Assembly: GCA_963808235.1 (NCBI GenBank)
Contig: CAWEEQ010000003.1
Coordinates: 1 to 64,000 of the forward strand
DNA length: 64,000 bases
Origin: an uncultured delta proteobacterium
Lineage (GTDB): Bacteria; Desulfobacterota; Binatia; Binatales; Binataceae
Direction: 5' to 3'
Numbering within the stretch: the first letter of the stretch is position 1; each line of letters begins with the position of its first letter. Positions 44,437 to 52,973 of this stretch are shown one piece after another. The notes beneath the pieces were generated by a model. It was not told where the DNA came from and made no database searches. It worked only from the letters and a program-made list of their open reading frames with translations. A program made the translations under genes and the position numbers.

Positions 44437-44602
44437 CGGAGCCTGCCCTGAGCGAAGCCGAAGGGCGCCTGTTAGAAGTTTTAGGTGAGGAGGTTGTGCT
44501 GATTCTGGATTCCCTCGCCCGTTCGTCGGGAGAGGGCTAGGGTGAGGGACCTTTGTGGCGCGATTGTCTGGTGCGCCGCACAAGATCTCGCGTCCCTCGC
44601 GG
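44437..44602 (+). repeat. Left arm of composite imperfect inverted repeat (REP-like modules)
   Basis: GGAGCCTGCCCTGAGCGAAGCCGAAGGGCG (from 44437) and 44508-44602 match the reverse complement of ~45568-45597 and 45446-45540. Confidence 0.8.
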
Positions 44603-44676
44603 CAGACCTTCCTTCGGCTTTGCGTGCCCGTGCGGTTTCGTGACGCGCCCGCGCTGATACCGGAAAACTGCGGCGG

Positions 44677-45000
44677 CTACTCTTCGTTGAAGCGGGGATC
44701 GTCTGGCGACACACATTTCATCTGACGCGAGGCTTCAAATGCGGCGACAGTTTGGTCGTTAAGGTTTGCGTCCATCCTTGCCGCTGTCTCAAACGAATCT
44801 TCTTCAGAATCGCGAAACTTTATCTGCGACTTTTGCCTTGCCTTTTCGCAGTCAACAGTTGAACCGAAACTACCGCGAATTTGCCATTGCTGGATCGGAG
44901 TTTGCGAATCGACGAACGCCTTGCCACCGTCTGTGGACACGGGCGGCATCATCAAGTACCAGCCCACAAGCGCAAGCGCGGCAGCGTGGCGAGGGTTCAT
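44677..45000 (-). CDS. Small secreted Cys-containing protein, MNPRHAAALALVGWYL family (copy 1)
   Basis: 107 aa; shares N-terminal 16 aa, P..xW, central C and C...DDPR tail with the neighbouring ORF. Confidence 0.75.
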   Translation of the reverse strand: MNPRHAAALALVGWYLMMPPVSTDGGKAFVDSQTPIQQWQIRGSFGSTVDCEKARQKSQIKFRDSEEDSFETAARMDANLNDQTVAAFEASRQMKCVSPDDPRFNEE

Positions 45001-45006
45001 AACGAT

Positions 45007-45294
45007 CTACTTTTCCTTGAGGCGCGGATCGTCGGAGGCAAGGCAGATTCCAGTATCTAATGCCTTGCGATATGCGGCCTGCACGTGGATTTCTTTGATC
45101 TCGTCGTCAATAGCTATGGCCGCTCTAGTCCGGAGATCCTTGCAGCTATAAACATCGTCCACTGATTGACTACGATGCCACTTCCACATCGGCGCCTTTG
45201 ATTTGACTCTACACTGCCCGTGATTACACAGGACTGGAGGTGTAATCAGATACCAGCCTACAAGCGCGAGCGCGGCGGCGTGGCGGGGGTTCAT
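45007..45294 (-). CDS. Small secreted Cys-containing protein, MNPRHAAALALVGWYL family (copy 2)
   Basis: 95 aa from ATG 45294; ends CLASDDPRLKEK; 6 bp from copy 1. Confidence 0.75.
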   Translation of the reverse strand: MNPRHAAALALVGWYLITPPVLCNHGQCRVKSKAPMWKWHRSQSVDDVYSCKDLRTRAAIAIDDEIKEIHVQAAYRKALDTGICLASDDPRLKEK

Positions 45295-45445
45295 CGACAT
45301 TCAGTTAGCAGACCGCCCGCACTGGAAACAAATGGGCCGGACCTGGGTCTCTCGACGCGGAGAAAATCGGTTCGCGGAGATCGCTTCGGCAAAGCTCATG
45401 GCGGGCTCTTCGGCTTCGCTCAGGTTGACGAGGAAGAAGTTAAGT

Positions 45446-45597
45446 CCGCGGGAGGCGAGGATGCGCGGCGCCATCAGACAATCGCGACTCACAGATGTCC
45501 CTCACCCCAGCCCTCTCCCCACAAACGGGGCGAGGAAATCAGGACGAGGACGTAAAGAAAATCGCTTCGCCCTTCGAGAATACTCAGGGCGGGCTCC
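45446..45597 (-). repeat. Right arm of composite imperfect inverted repeat
   Basis: Reverse complement contains GGGAGAGGGCT, GGGTGAGGGAC and GCGATTGTCTG blocks identical to the left arm. Confidence 0.8.
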
Positions 45598-45646
45598 GGT
45601 CCTTTTAACGCTCAGGATAACAGAGGGGACGACGGAATTAATCCGT

Positions 45647-45856
45647 TCATTTCCGGATGAAGCCGAAATAGAAACAGACAACGAAAAGGATCGCGTGGAT
45701 GATGGAACGGATGCCGTTCACTTCCGGCTGCACTATGAAGTGGGTGCCGATCAGTGGAACCGGAGTATGCGTGATGTAGAGATAGAAGAGTATTCCTGCG
45801 TTTACGAAGAACGCGCCTGACAGAAATTTGCAGACCTCTTTCCAATTGATGGTCAT
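45647..45856 (-). CDS. Small 2-TM membrane protein (69 aa)
   Basis: Two hydrophobic segments, basic C-terminus, AT-richer codons. Confidence 0.55.
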   Translation of the reverse strand: MTINWKEVCKFLSGAFFVNAGILFYLYITHTPVPLIGTHFIVQPEVNGIRSIIHAILFVVCFYFGFIRK

Positions 45857-45930
45857 AGTGCGACTGGTCTGAGTGACTTAGTCTAGCAGGTCGATTGAGG
45901 ACGTGCGGCAGACTCGCCGCGGGGTGCGTC

Positions 45931-46294
45931 GATGGCGTGGTGAGATGGGCGTCGAGAAAGATCCGGGGTTCCTTCGGCAAAGCTCAGGACAGGCTCTCGG
46001 CTGCGCTCGGAGTGACACAGGGAATGTGGCGCGTGCGTGCTTTGCAAACGATGCGTGCAAACCTAACCCCTAACCCCTTCCCCTAGCGGAAGGGGGACCG
46101 GAGTGGCGGGATTGGTTTCGACAGATCGGGAGTTGGCGTGTCGAGGTGATCCTGGATGACGTGGTGAGATAGGCATCGAGACAGATCCGGGGTTCTTCGC
46201 TGCGCTCAGAAAGACACAAGGAAAGCGCGTGCGTGCTTTGCAAACGATGCGTGCAAACCTAACCCCTAACCCCTTCCCATGTGGGAAGGGGAAC
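45931..46294 (+). repeat. Two degenerate direct-repeat units with a 54-bp exact core
   Basis: 46029-46082 is identical to 46225-46278 (GCGCGTGCGTGCTTTGCAAACGATGCGTGCAAACCTAACCCCTAACCCCTTCCC); units start 45931 and 46155. Confidence 0.9.
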
Positions 46295-46337
46295 AATCGA
46301 GTTTATTTTTACTTTTTACTTTTTACTGGTGAAACGT

Positions 46338-47780
46338 TTAGAGGGCGCCGGTGGCGTCGGTGGTGGCTTCGGTGCGATGGAGCATCGTGGGGCTGTGGTG
46401 CGAGTGGGCTTTCACGGGGGTGTGGTTGAGCGAGACGTGGTACATGTCGGCGAACTTTGAGATGGCGGGCTTGCGAACGTCGGCGGCGACGAAGTTACTG
46501 CCCAGGTCGGGGAGCTCGGAGAGGGCGGCCTGGTATTGGTCTTTGATGTCGTCGAACAGCGCGCGCATCCGGGGCGAGACCGGGTGATTCTCACCGAGCT
46601 TCTGGGTCAGCGGATTGACCCAGGTCCCCGATTTTTCCATCGCGAAGTGGAGATGCGGCCCGGTCGAGAGACCGGTCGAACCGACGTTTCCGATGACTTG
46701 CCCGATTCTGACATAGCTGCCCGGTTTCACGCCCGGACTGATTTTCGACAAGTGACCGTAGATACTGACCATCCCATTTTGATGCTCGAGCCTGATGCAA
46801 TTGCCCAGCTCCCCCTGCCATCCCGCGCTCTGAACCTTGCCGTCCGCGACCGCTTTGACCGGCTCGCCGTACTGGGCGACCAGATCGACGCCGACGTGGG
46901 GGCGGTATTCATGAAGAATCGGATGATAGCGATGGAAGGTGAAGCCGGAGGAAATGTATTTGAAATTCAGCGGAAAGCGAAGGAACTGCGGGCCGAGCGC
47001 GTGTCCGGCTTCGTCGTACAGATGCGGGCGGCCCTGCTCATCGAGGAACGAGATCGCGGTCAGAGTGCGGCTCCCGAAGCGGATCTGGGCGGCCTGGACA
47101 TCGCCGACCAGGGTGTAGGTACCGTCGCGGCTGACTTTTTCCTGGTAGATCAGTTTGACCGCGGAGCCGGGTGCGAGGCGGTTCAAATCGTGGCGGTCCG
47201 AGAACGCATTCTGGAGCGAATCGACGATAGGCTTGGGTATGTTGTTCTCGGCGGCAGCGCTGGCGAAGTTGCCCTTGACCGCGAACGTCAACTTGATCGG
47301 GCGGATGAAATACTCGATAGGCCGGAGCGACGCCTTGAGCACCCCGGCGCCCAGGCTCGCCTCGACGACGGTGGTGTTCGCGTCCAGGTCGTACCTGAGG
47401 CCACGCATGTCGCCGGTCTCGGGGTCCTTATAGATGGTCAGCGGATGGCCGCTGTGAAAATATCGGTTGGCAGTGATGCGCTCGATGTAGGAGGCCCATT
47501 GGCGGGCATCCTCGGGTTCCATCCCGGCGTCGCGGAGGTAGCTCTGGATAGACGCGGTTCGGTCGAGCGTGGTGCTTATAGTGATGGAGGGAGGCGCAGG
47601 CTCGGCGGATTCGGGCTGCTCGACCAGGTCCGAGCCGTCTTTACCGGCGTCCATTTGAGAACTCAAACTGTCGAGTGGCGAGGAAAAAGACTGAGAATTT
47701 ACGTGGAAAAAAAGAAAAAGGGCAACGATGGTCGCAACCAGAGCCACGGCCATTGCGGTGAACGCACGAGGAGCGCCCAC
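46338..47780 (-). CDS. M23-family peptidoglycan DD-endopeptidase (MepM-like)
   Basis: N-terminal TM; RYHPIL, HVGVD, YGHLS, GSTGLSTGPHLHF; GGGGAG before GTG 47780. Confidence 0.9.
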   Translation of the reverse strand: MGAPRAFTAMAVALVATIVALFLFFHVNSQSFSSPLDSLSSQMDAGKDGSDLVEQPESAEPAPPSITISTTLDRTASIQSYLRDAGMEPEDARQWASYIERITANRYFHSGHPLTIYKDPETGDMRGLRYDLDANTTVVEASLGAGVLKASLRPIEYFIRPIKLTFAVKGNFASAAAENNIPKPIVDSLQNAFSDRHDLNRLAPGSAVKLIYQEKVSRDGTYTLVGDVQAAQIRFGSRTLTAISFLDEQGRPHLYDEAGHALGPQFLRFPLNFKYISSGFTFHRYHPILHEYRPHVGVDLVAQYGEPVKAVADGKVQSAGWQGELGNCIRLEHQNGMVSIYGHLSKISPGVKPGSYVRIGQVIGNVGSTGLSTGPHLHFAMEKSGTWVNPLTQKLGENHPVSPRMRALFDDIKDQYQAALSELPDLGSNFVAADVRKPAISKFADMYHVSLNHTPVKAHSHHSPTMLHRTEATTDATGAL

Positions 47781-47989
47781 GATGTATCTCCCCCGAGACA
47801 GCATCGACGACGAAATTAGGGCATTCAGGCATCGGACGCAACCCTGAAATGTCATTTCTTTACACAGCCGGTTATGGGAATGACACATCCTCACCGTTAA
47901 TGGTCTCCTCGATAACACATGTCCTTTTTTGGCGTTCGCTATGACCCGCTCGAATCGGAAAATCGTGAAGAAATTAGACGGACTACTGA

Positions 47990-48403
47990 ATGGCAGCCGC
48001 GGCGCTTGATCTCGGCCGGCGCCGAATCGGAATTGCGGTCAGCGACGGCGCTTCGATGGGAGCGTATCCGGTCGGGGTCGTGGAGCGGCGTTCGCTCGAG
48101 CACGACCTCGAACAGATTGCGGCGATGCTCCGCGATCGCGAGGTGACGACGATCGTGGTCGGGTTGCCGCTCAACATGGACGGCAGCGAGGGACCGGCGG
48201 CGCGCGCGGCGCGGGCATTCGCAGACAAGGTGGCATCAGTGCTCGGCGTGAAGGTTGAGATGTTCGACGAGCGGCTGACAAGTTTTGAGGCCGAGGAACG
48301 GCTCAAGGGAATGCCGATCAGGAAAGGGTCGAGGAAGCCGGCGATCGATGTGATTGCGGCGACGGTGATCCTCGAGGGATGGATGCAGGCGCATCCCAGA
48401 TAG
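47990..48403 (+). CDS. ruvX: YqgF/RuvX pre-16S rRNA nuclease
   Basis: ALDLGRRRIGIAVSD, VVGLPLNMDGSEG, DERLTS, ID..AA..IL. Confidence 0.93.
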   Translation: MAAAALDLGRRRIGIAVSDGASMGAYPVGVVERRSLEHDLEQIAAMLRDREVTTIVVGLPLNMDGSEGPAARAARAFADKVASVLGVKVEMFDERLTSFEAEERLKGMPIRKGSRKPAIDVIAATVILEGWMQAHPR

Positions 48404-48501
48404 ATTTCGCGCGGCATCAGAGATTCACCCGGAGATTCGACAACGCCGACCCCCAATTGGGAGCCGGCGTTGCCGGTGACGGTCAGTTATGCCGATGCCT
48501 G

Positions 48502-51500
48502 CTACGGCAGATTAGCCGAGGCCGGGCCGTTGGTCGGTATGACGCCGGAGGCAGGAGCGGGCCCGACGGTCCATGTAGCGGCGCCCGGATCGAACAACTC
48601 CGAGTAGTCAGTTGGCGCAGTCGAACTGCACGCCGACGAATTGGATGCGCCAATCACCCACGAGGTCAGGTGTCCATTGGCGCACTCGCCGCCCATCACG
48701 ATGAAGTCGCCGCTGTTGGACCCCACGCCGATGAAGCCCGCGCCCATCCCACCGCGCGACTGGTTCATCGCGGTAGTAGCGCTGAACGTGCCCTCCGCTC
48801 CGGTGCCCGGATCGTAGAGGTCGACGGAAGTGGTCGTGGTCTGCTTCAGGAGAGGCAGCGTCGAGCAGGTGGATGGCATCGTACCCGCTTCGACATCGAT
48901 ACCGCCAAATGCCATCGCTTTGCCCGACAGGTTCCCCGTGGTCCACAGCACGGTGCCGTGACCGGCGCGCTTGGTCGCCATGTTGTTGGTGGTCGCGCTC
49001 CAGGTGCCGGTACTCGGATTGTATACTTCCGCAGTATTCTGGGTCGTGCCGACTACATCGCCAGCGGTAGTGCATACGGCGGAATTCGCATTGATGCCGC
49101 CGGTGGCAAGCACTTGTCCCGCGAGAGGCCCGCTCACTACCGCAGGATCGAGAGCCGTCAAGAAGAACAACTCTCGCTTACTGCCCATGCTGCCGGTCGC
49201 GGTAAAGGTGGCAGTAGTCGGGTCGAAGATGAACGCCTGTGCCGACGCCGCATACAGGAATTGGATGTTGTCGCCTCCGGCTACCAGCAATTTGCCGCCA
49301 TCGTTGGGGATCAGCGCGGCTTGATGATCAACAAGGCCGCACTCGAACGTATCGGCCGCCGCAGTCCCACCTGATCCGGCGCCCAATCCCGACGCTGCAG
49401 TGTAGGTAAACGTGTTGCCGCTAATGCCGGTTACGACGAAGGTACCGTTGTATCCCGCGACGCTGACGCCGGCGACTGTGACCTTGTCGCCAGAGATCAG
49501 TCCGGGCGTAGGCGACGAGGTGGTGATCGTCACCGTTGTGCTGCTTTCAGACGCGGTCGTAATCGGAGTGGTCATCCCCGCGGTGCAAGTCGAAGGAAGA
49601 CCGGTCGTGCAGGTCGTTCCCGCCGGGCATCCCGGAATCGAATTGGTGGCGGTGAAGCTGTCGGCCACCGGGTCATAAATCTCCGCTGAGTTGAGCGCGG
49701 TCTGCCCCGGGGGCGACCCCGCGGGCGGAGTGGTCGCGGTGGAGATGAACGACGAACCCGAAGCTCCGCCCACGATCAGCACCTTGCCGTCCAGTGCGGT
49801 TCCCGATCCAGTGATCAAGTTCGCAGTGGGGAAGCTGCGCGTGGTGGTCATCAAGCCGCCGCTACCCGAGCCAGCCAGCGTAAACGACTTGGTGCTCTCG
49901 TTGTACAACTCTGCGGTTTGCATCGCATCACACTGGAAACCGGCGGTGTTGCCGTAGGTCTTCGCCGCGCAGTGCTCGCCGCCTACGACCAGAACCAAAC
50001 CGTTGGGCAGTACCACCGAGACCGCAGATTCGCGATCCTGTTTGAGCTGTCCAGTGGTCGCCGCCATCGCGTTGAGGGTGCCGTCGTAATACTGCGCACC
50101 GTTGGTCGAATTGCCGAAGCTGGCCAATGCGATCAATCCACCCAGGCTCCCGCCGCCGTCGCCACCGGCGATTAGAACGTCACCCGCTTGCGGTCCGGGC
50201 GTGGCCGTTGCCGTGGGCGTCCCGCCGGTCGAGGTCGAGGTCGCAGTCGCGGTTGTCGTGGTAGTGGCAGTTGCAGTTGGCGTCGCGACTGTAGTCGACG
50301 TTCCAGTTGCCGTGGCGGTGGCAGTCAGCGTGGCGGTCGTCGTCGCGGTTGCGGTCGCGCTCGATGAGGCCGTCGCAGTTGATGTGGCGGTCGCAGTCGC
50401 TGTGGCCGTCGCAGTGCGCGTCGCGGTTGCGGTCGCCGTGCGCGTCGCGGTCGTCGTCGCGGTTGCGGTCGCGGTCGGAGTTGGCGTGCCGCCGGTGGTC
50501 GAGGTCGCAGTCGGCGTGCCGGTCGGTCCGGCGGTGCCGAATGCTTCGCCCTTCAGGGCCAAGCTTTGGGATCCGGTCTTGCCGTTGTCGACGATCGTCA
50601 GCTTGCCGTATTCGGCCGTTCCCGAGGTGTTGCTGTCGGTCGTGGGGTTGAACGTCACCGATACCTGGCAGGTTCCTTCCTCAGGGATTGACGAGCCGCA
50701 CGAGTTCGAGACCAGTTCAAAGGGGCCCGTCACGGTAATCGACGTGACATTCATCGCCAGTACGTTTGGATTCGATATGGTGTCGGTCTTAGGCGCCGAG
50801 GAGGTTCCTACCCGCACTTTGCCGAAGCCCAGCGAGGTCGGCGAAAACGTCGGGTTCCTGAGAATTCCGGTGCCGGTGAGCGCGACCGATTGAGGGCTGT
50901 TCGCGGCATCGTCGCTTATACTCAAGTTTCCGTTGATGGTGCCGGTCTCGGTGGGACTGAAGGTCGCGCTGATTGTGCAGGTAGCACTCGGCGCCAGATC
51001 CTTGCCGCTGCATGCATCGGCCGTGATCGCAAACTCTCCGGACACGGCCACGCTATCGATATGGAGAGCCACCGTATTTGGATTCTTCAGGGTCGTACTC
51101 TTGGCGGCGCTGGTATTACCAACGATCACTTGCCCGTAGGTCAAAGTCAGCGGCGAGATAGTCAGTTTGCCCGCGACTCCGACGCCGCTCAAAGCAGATG
51201 AGCCGGCATCGGGGTTTTGGTCGTCGCTCACCGACAGCGACGCAGTGCGAGTGCCGAGCGCGCCGGGAGTGAATTTCAGCGTCACGGTGCAACTGCCCCC
51301 CGAGGCCACGTTTGCAGAGCATGGGTTGTTGGTGATCTTGAAGTCGCCAGCATCGGCGCCCGTGGTTTGAATGCGCAATCCTGTAACCGGCTGATGGGTA
51401 GAGGGATTGGTTATCTTGACGGTCTTGGCGGTGCTGGACGCAGACGTAACTCCGATGACCACATTGCCGAACGAGACGCTGGCCGGCGTTACCGTCAGAC

Positions 51501-52605
51501 TGACAGTTGGCGTCGCCGTTGGCGTGCTGGTCGCAGTCGCCGTCGACGTGGCCGTGGAGGTTGCGGTGGCAGTTGACGTTGCGAACGTGGTTGCCGTTGC
51601 CGTCGCAGTTGCGGTCGGAGTCGCCGTGGCGGATGCGGTTGCAGTTGCGGTCGCCGTGTCAGTCGCGGTCGCCGTTGAGGTGCTGGTCGCGGTCGCAGTT
51701 GGCGTTGGAATTATCTGCAAGAAAGCAGCATTTTCGATCTCGGCGCTCTCGTCGATCAGGATCGAGTTCTTGCCCGAGGGCGAGGGTAGCCCGACCTTCA
51801 GATCGAGGGCCGCGTCGAGCGTCCCAAGAGGCCCGCATCCGCTTGCACCGGGGACAGCGAAGGTGTCGTCGGCCACCTCGACCTCGGTGACGACCAATGC
51901 GTTCCCGACGCTGTTGGCCTGCGGTGTGCTGCTCGGAGTCTCCAGCAGATTCAAGACGATCGGAGTAGCGTCGGTGCCGATGAAGCAGCTCGAACCAAGC
52001 ACCGGGTTGTTGAGCTGGATCTTGACCGGTACCGTTAGCACACTCGATACACTCGGGGTTCCCGTGCAGGAATCGAGAGAGCCCGTCGCGCAGAAGTACG
52101 CAGTGGTGGCAGTCGGATCGACGACCGTTGCCGCCGTCACCGGGCCGGCCAGATCGATCGAGGCGGTGACGTCGTTGATGGCGTTGACTACGCCAGTGAG
52201 CCCGAGCAATCCGCCCGGCACATCCTGTGGCGGACCGCCGAAGAGCGCGCCGTTGGTAGGCGTAACTATTACTTCAGGCCCGAAAAATCCGAGGGCGGAG
52301 GGGCTGTAGGCGCCGAAGTCTGCGGTGTCAGGATTGTTGCTAATCATCGCGGTCGAGCTGCCGATCGTGAGCTCGCCGCCGGTCGTCTCGCTGTGTGCGC
52401 ATAACAAAGCTGCGCCACCGGGCGGCGTGAAGCTTGTCGGGCAAAGGCTGAATTCCGAAGCAGCCCCGGTCACATCGGCCCAGGCGGCCGAGGACGAGGC
52501 GAACGACACCGACGCCGTCACGAGCGCCACAAGCGCGGCCACTCGCATCGCTCTCCAAACGAACTGCATCAAAGAACCCAGCCCTACTCTTTCAAGCGTA
52601 CGCAT
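48502..52605 (-). CDS. Large secreted multidomain surface protein: Cys-containing N-domain, Thr linkers, three ASPM/choice-of-anchor-D Ig domains, Kelch-like beta-propeller
   Basis: Signal peptide ending AWA; TATAT linkers at ~51505-51705 and ~50200-50525; C.(V/I)..(T/K)F.P repeats; VL..GG and AE.YDP Kelch motifs. Confidence 0.8.
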   Translation of the reverse strand: MRTLERVGLGSLMQFVWRAMRVAALVALVTASVSFASSSAAWADVTGAASEFSLCPTSFTPPGGAALLCAHSETTGGELTIGSSTAMISNNPDTADFGAYSPSALGFFGPEVIVTPTNGALFGGPPQDVPGGLLGLTGVVNAINDVTASIDLAGPVTAATVVDPTATTAYFCATGSLDSCTGTPSVSSVLTVPVKIQLNNPVLGSSCFIGTDATPIVLNLLETPSSTPQANSVGNALVVTEVEVADDTFAVPGASGCGPLGTLDAALDLKVGLPSPSGKNSILIDESAEIENAAFLQIIPTPTATATSTSTATATDTATATATASATATPTATATATATTFATSTATATSTATSTATATSTPTATPTVSLTVTPASVSFGNVVIGVTSASSTAKTVKITNPSTHQPVTGLRIQTTGADAGDFKITNNPCSANVASGGSCTVTLKFTPGALGTRTASLSVSDDQNPDAGSSALSGVGVAGKLTISPLTLTYGQVIVGNTSAAKSTTLKNPNTVALHIDSVAVSGEFAITADACSGKDLAPSATCTISATFSPTETGTINGNLSISDDAANSPQSVALTGTGILRNPTFSPTSLGFGKVRVGTSSAPKTDTISNPNVLAMNVTSITVTGPFELVSNSCGSSIPEEGTCQVSVTFNPTTDSNTSGTAEYGKLTIVDNGKTGSQSLALKGEAFGTAGPTGTPTATSTTGGTPTPTATATATTTATRTATATATRTATATATATATSTATASSSATATATTTATLTATATATGTSTTVATPTATATTTTTATATSTSTGGTPTATATPGPQAGDVLIAGGDGGGSLGGLIALASFGNSTNGAQYYDGTLNAMAATTGQLKQDRESAVSVVLPNGLVLVVGGEHCAAKTYGNTAGFQCDAMQTAELYNESTKSFTLAGSGSGGLMTTTRSFPTANLITGSGTALDGKVLIVGGASGSSFISTATTPPAGSPPGQTALNSAEIYDPVADSFTATNSIPGCPAGTTCTTGLPSTCTAGMTTPITTASESSTTVTITTSSPTPGLISGDKVTVAGVSVAGYNGTFVVTGISGNTFTYTAASGLGAGSGGTAAADTFECGLVDHQAALIPNDGGKLLVAGGDNIQFLYAASAQAFIFDPTTATFTATGSMGSKRELFFLTALDPAVVSGPLAGQVLATGGINANSAVCTTAGDVVGTTQNTAEVYNPSTGTWSATTNNMATKRAGHGTVLWTTGNLSGKAMAFGGIDVEAGTMPSTCSTLPLLKQTTTTSVDLYDPGTGAEGTFSATTAMNQSRGGMGAGFIGVGSNSGDFIVMGGECANGHLTSWVIGASNSSACSSTAPTDYSELFDPGAATWTVGPAPASGVIPTNGPASANLP

Positions 52606-52973
52606 GACTCAAACCCCCTGCTGTTGAGGTCTCCACGCTGGTCGCACTGGTGACGGCAAGTCCTTGTGCGACGGCGGGCGCCGCAGCAACTACAATCGTG
52701 AGGGACGGAATCACGATTGCCCGCGCGAGAAACTCTGGTGTGAATTGTCTAAGCGATAGTGTCTGGCGGTCACGAAACTCAGGCATCAGGTCCCCTCCGA
52801 AGTTGCGCCAAGTTCCTGAAGGGTATTTATTTTTTTTCGGGAATGTAGTCAAATCCAAATTAAAACAATGTTATGTATCGAGCCGATGAGAATATTTGGC
52901 TACTGAAGAGCACCCTGATTAGTCGAAGTGGTTCAGGATCATTTATGGGTTCGGAAGCGCGGACGCCGCATCT

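Noticed and set aside
44677-45294. Diversity-generating retroelement or integron cassette array
   Set aside because: No reverse transcriptase or integrase, no adenine-specific template/variable pair, and no attC-like site in the 6-bp gap between the genes
45931-46294. Possible CRISPR array
   Set aside because: Only two long units, intervening sequence partly homologous, no regular repeat-spacer period, no cas genes
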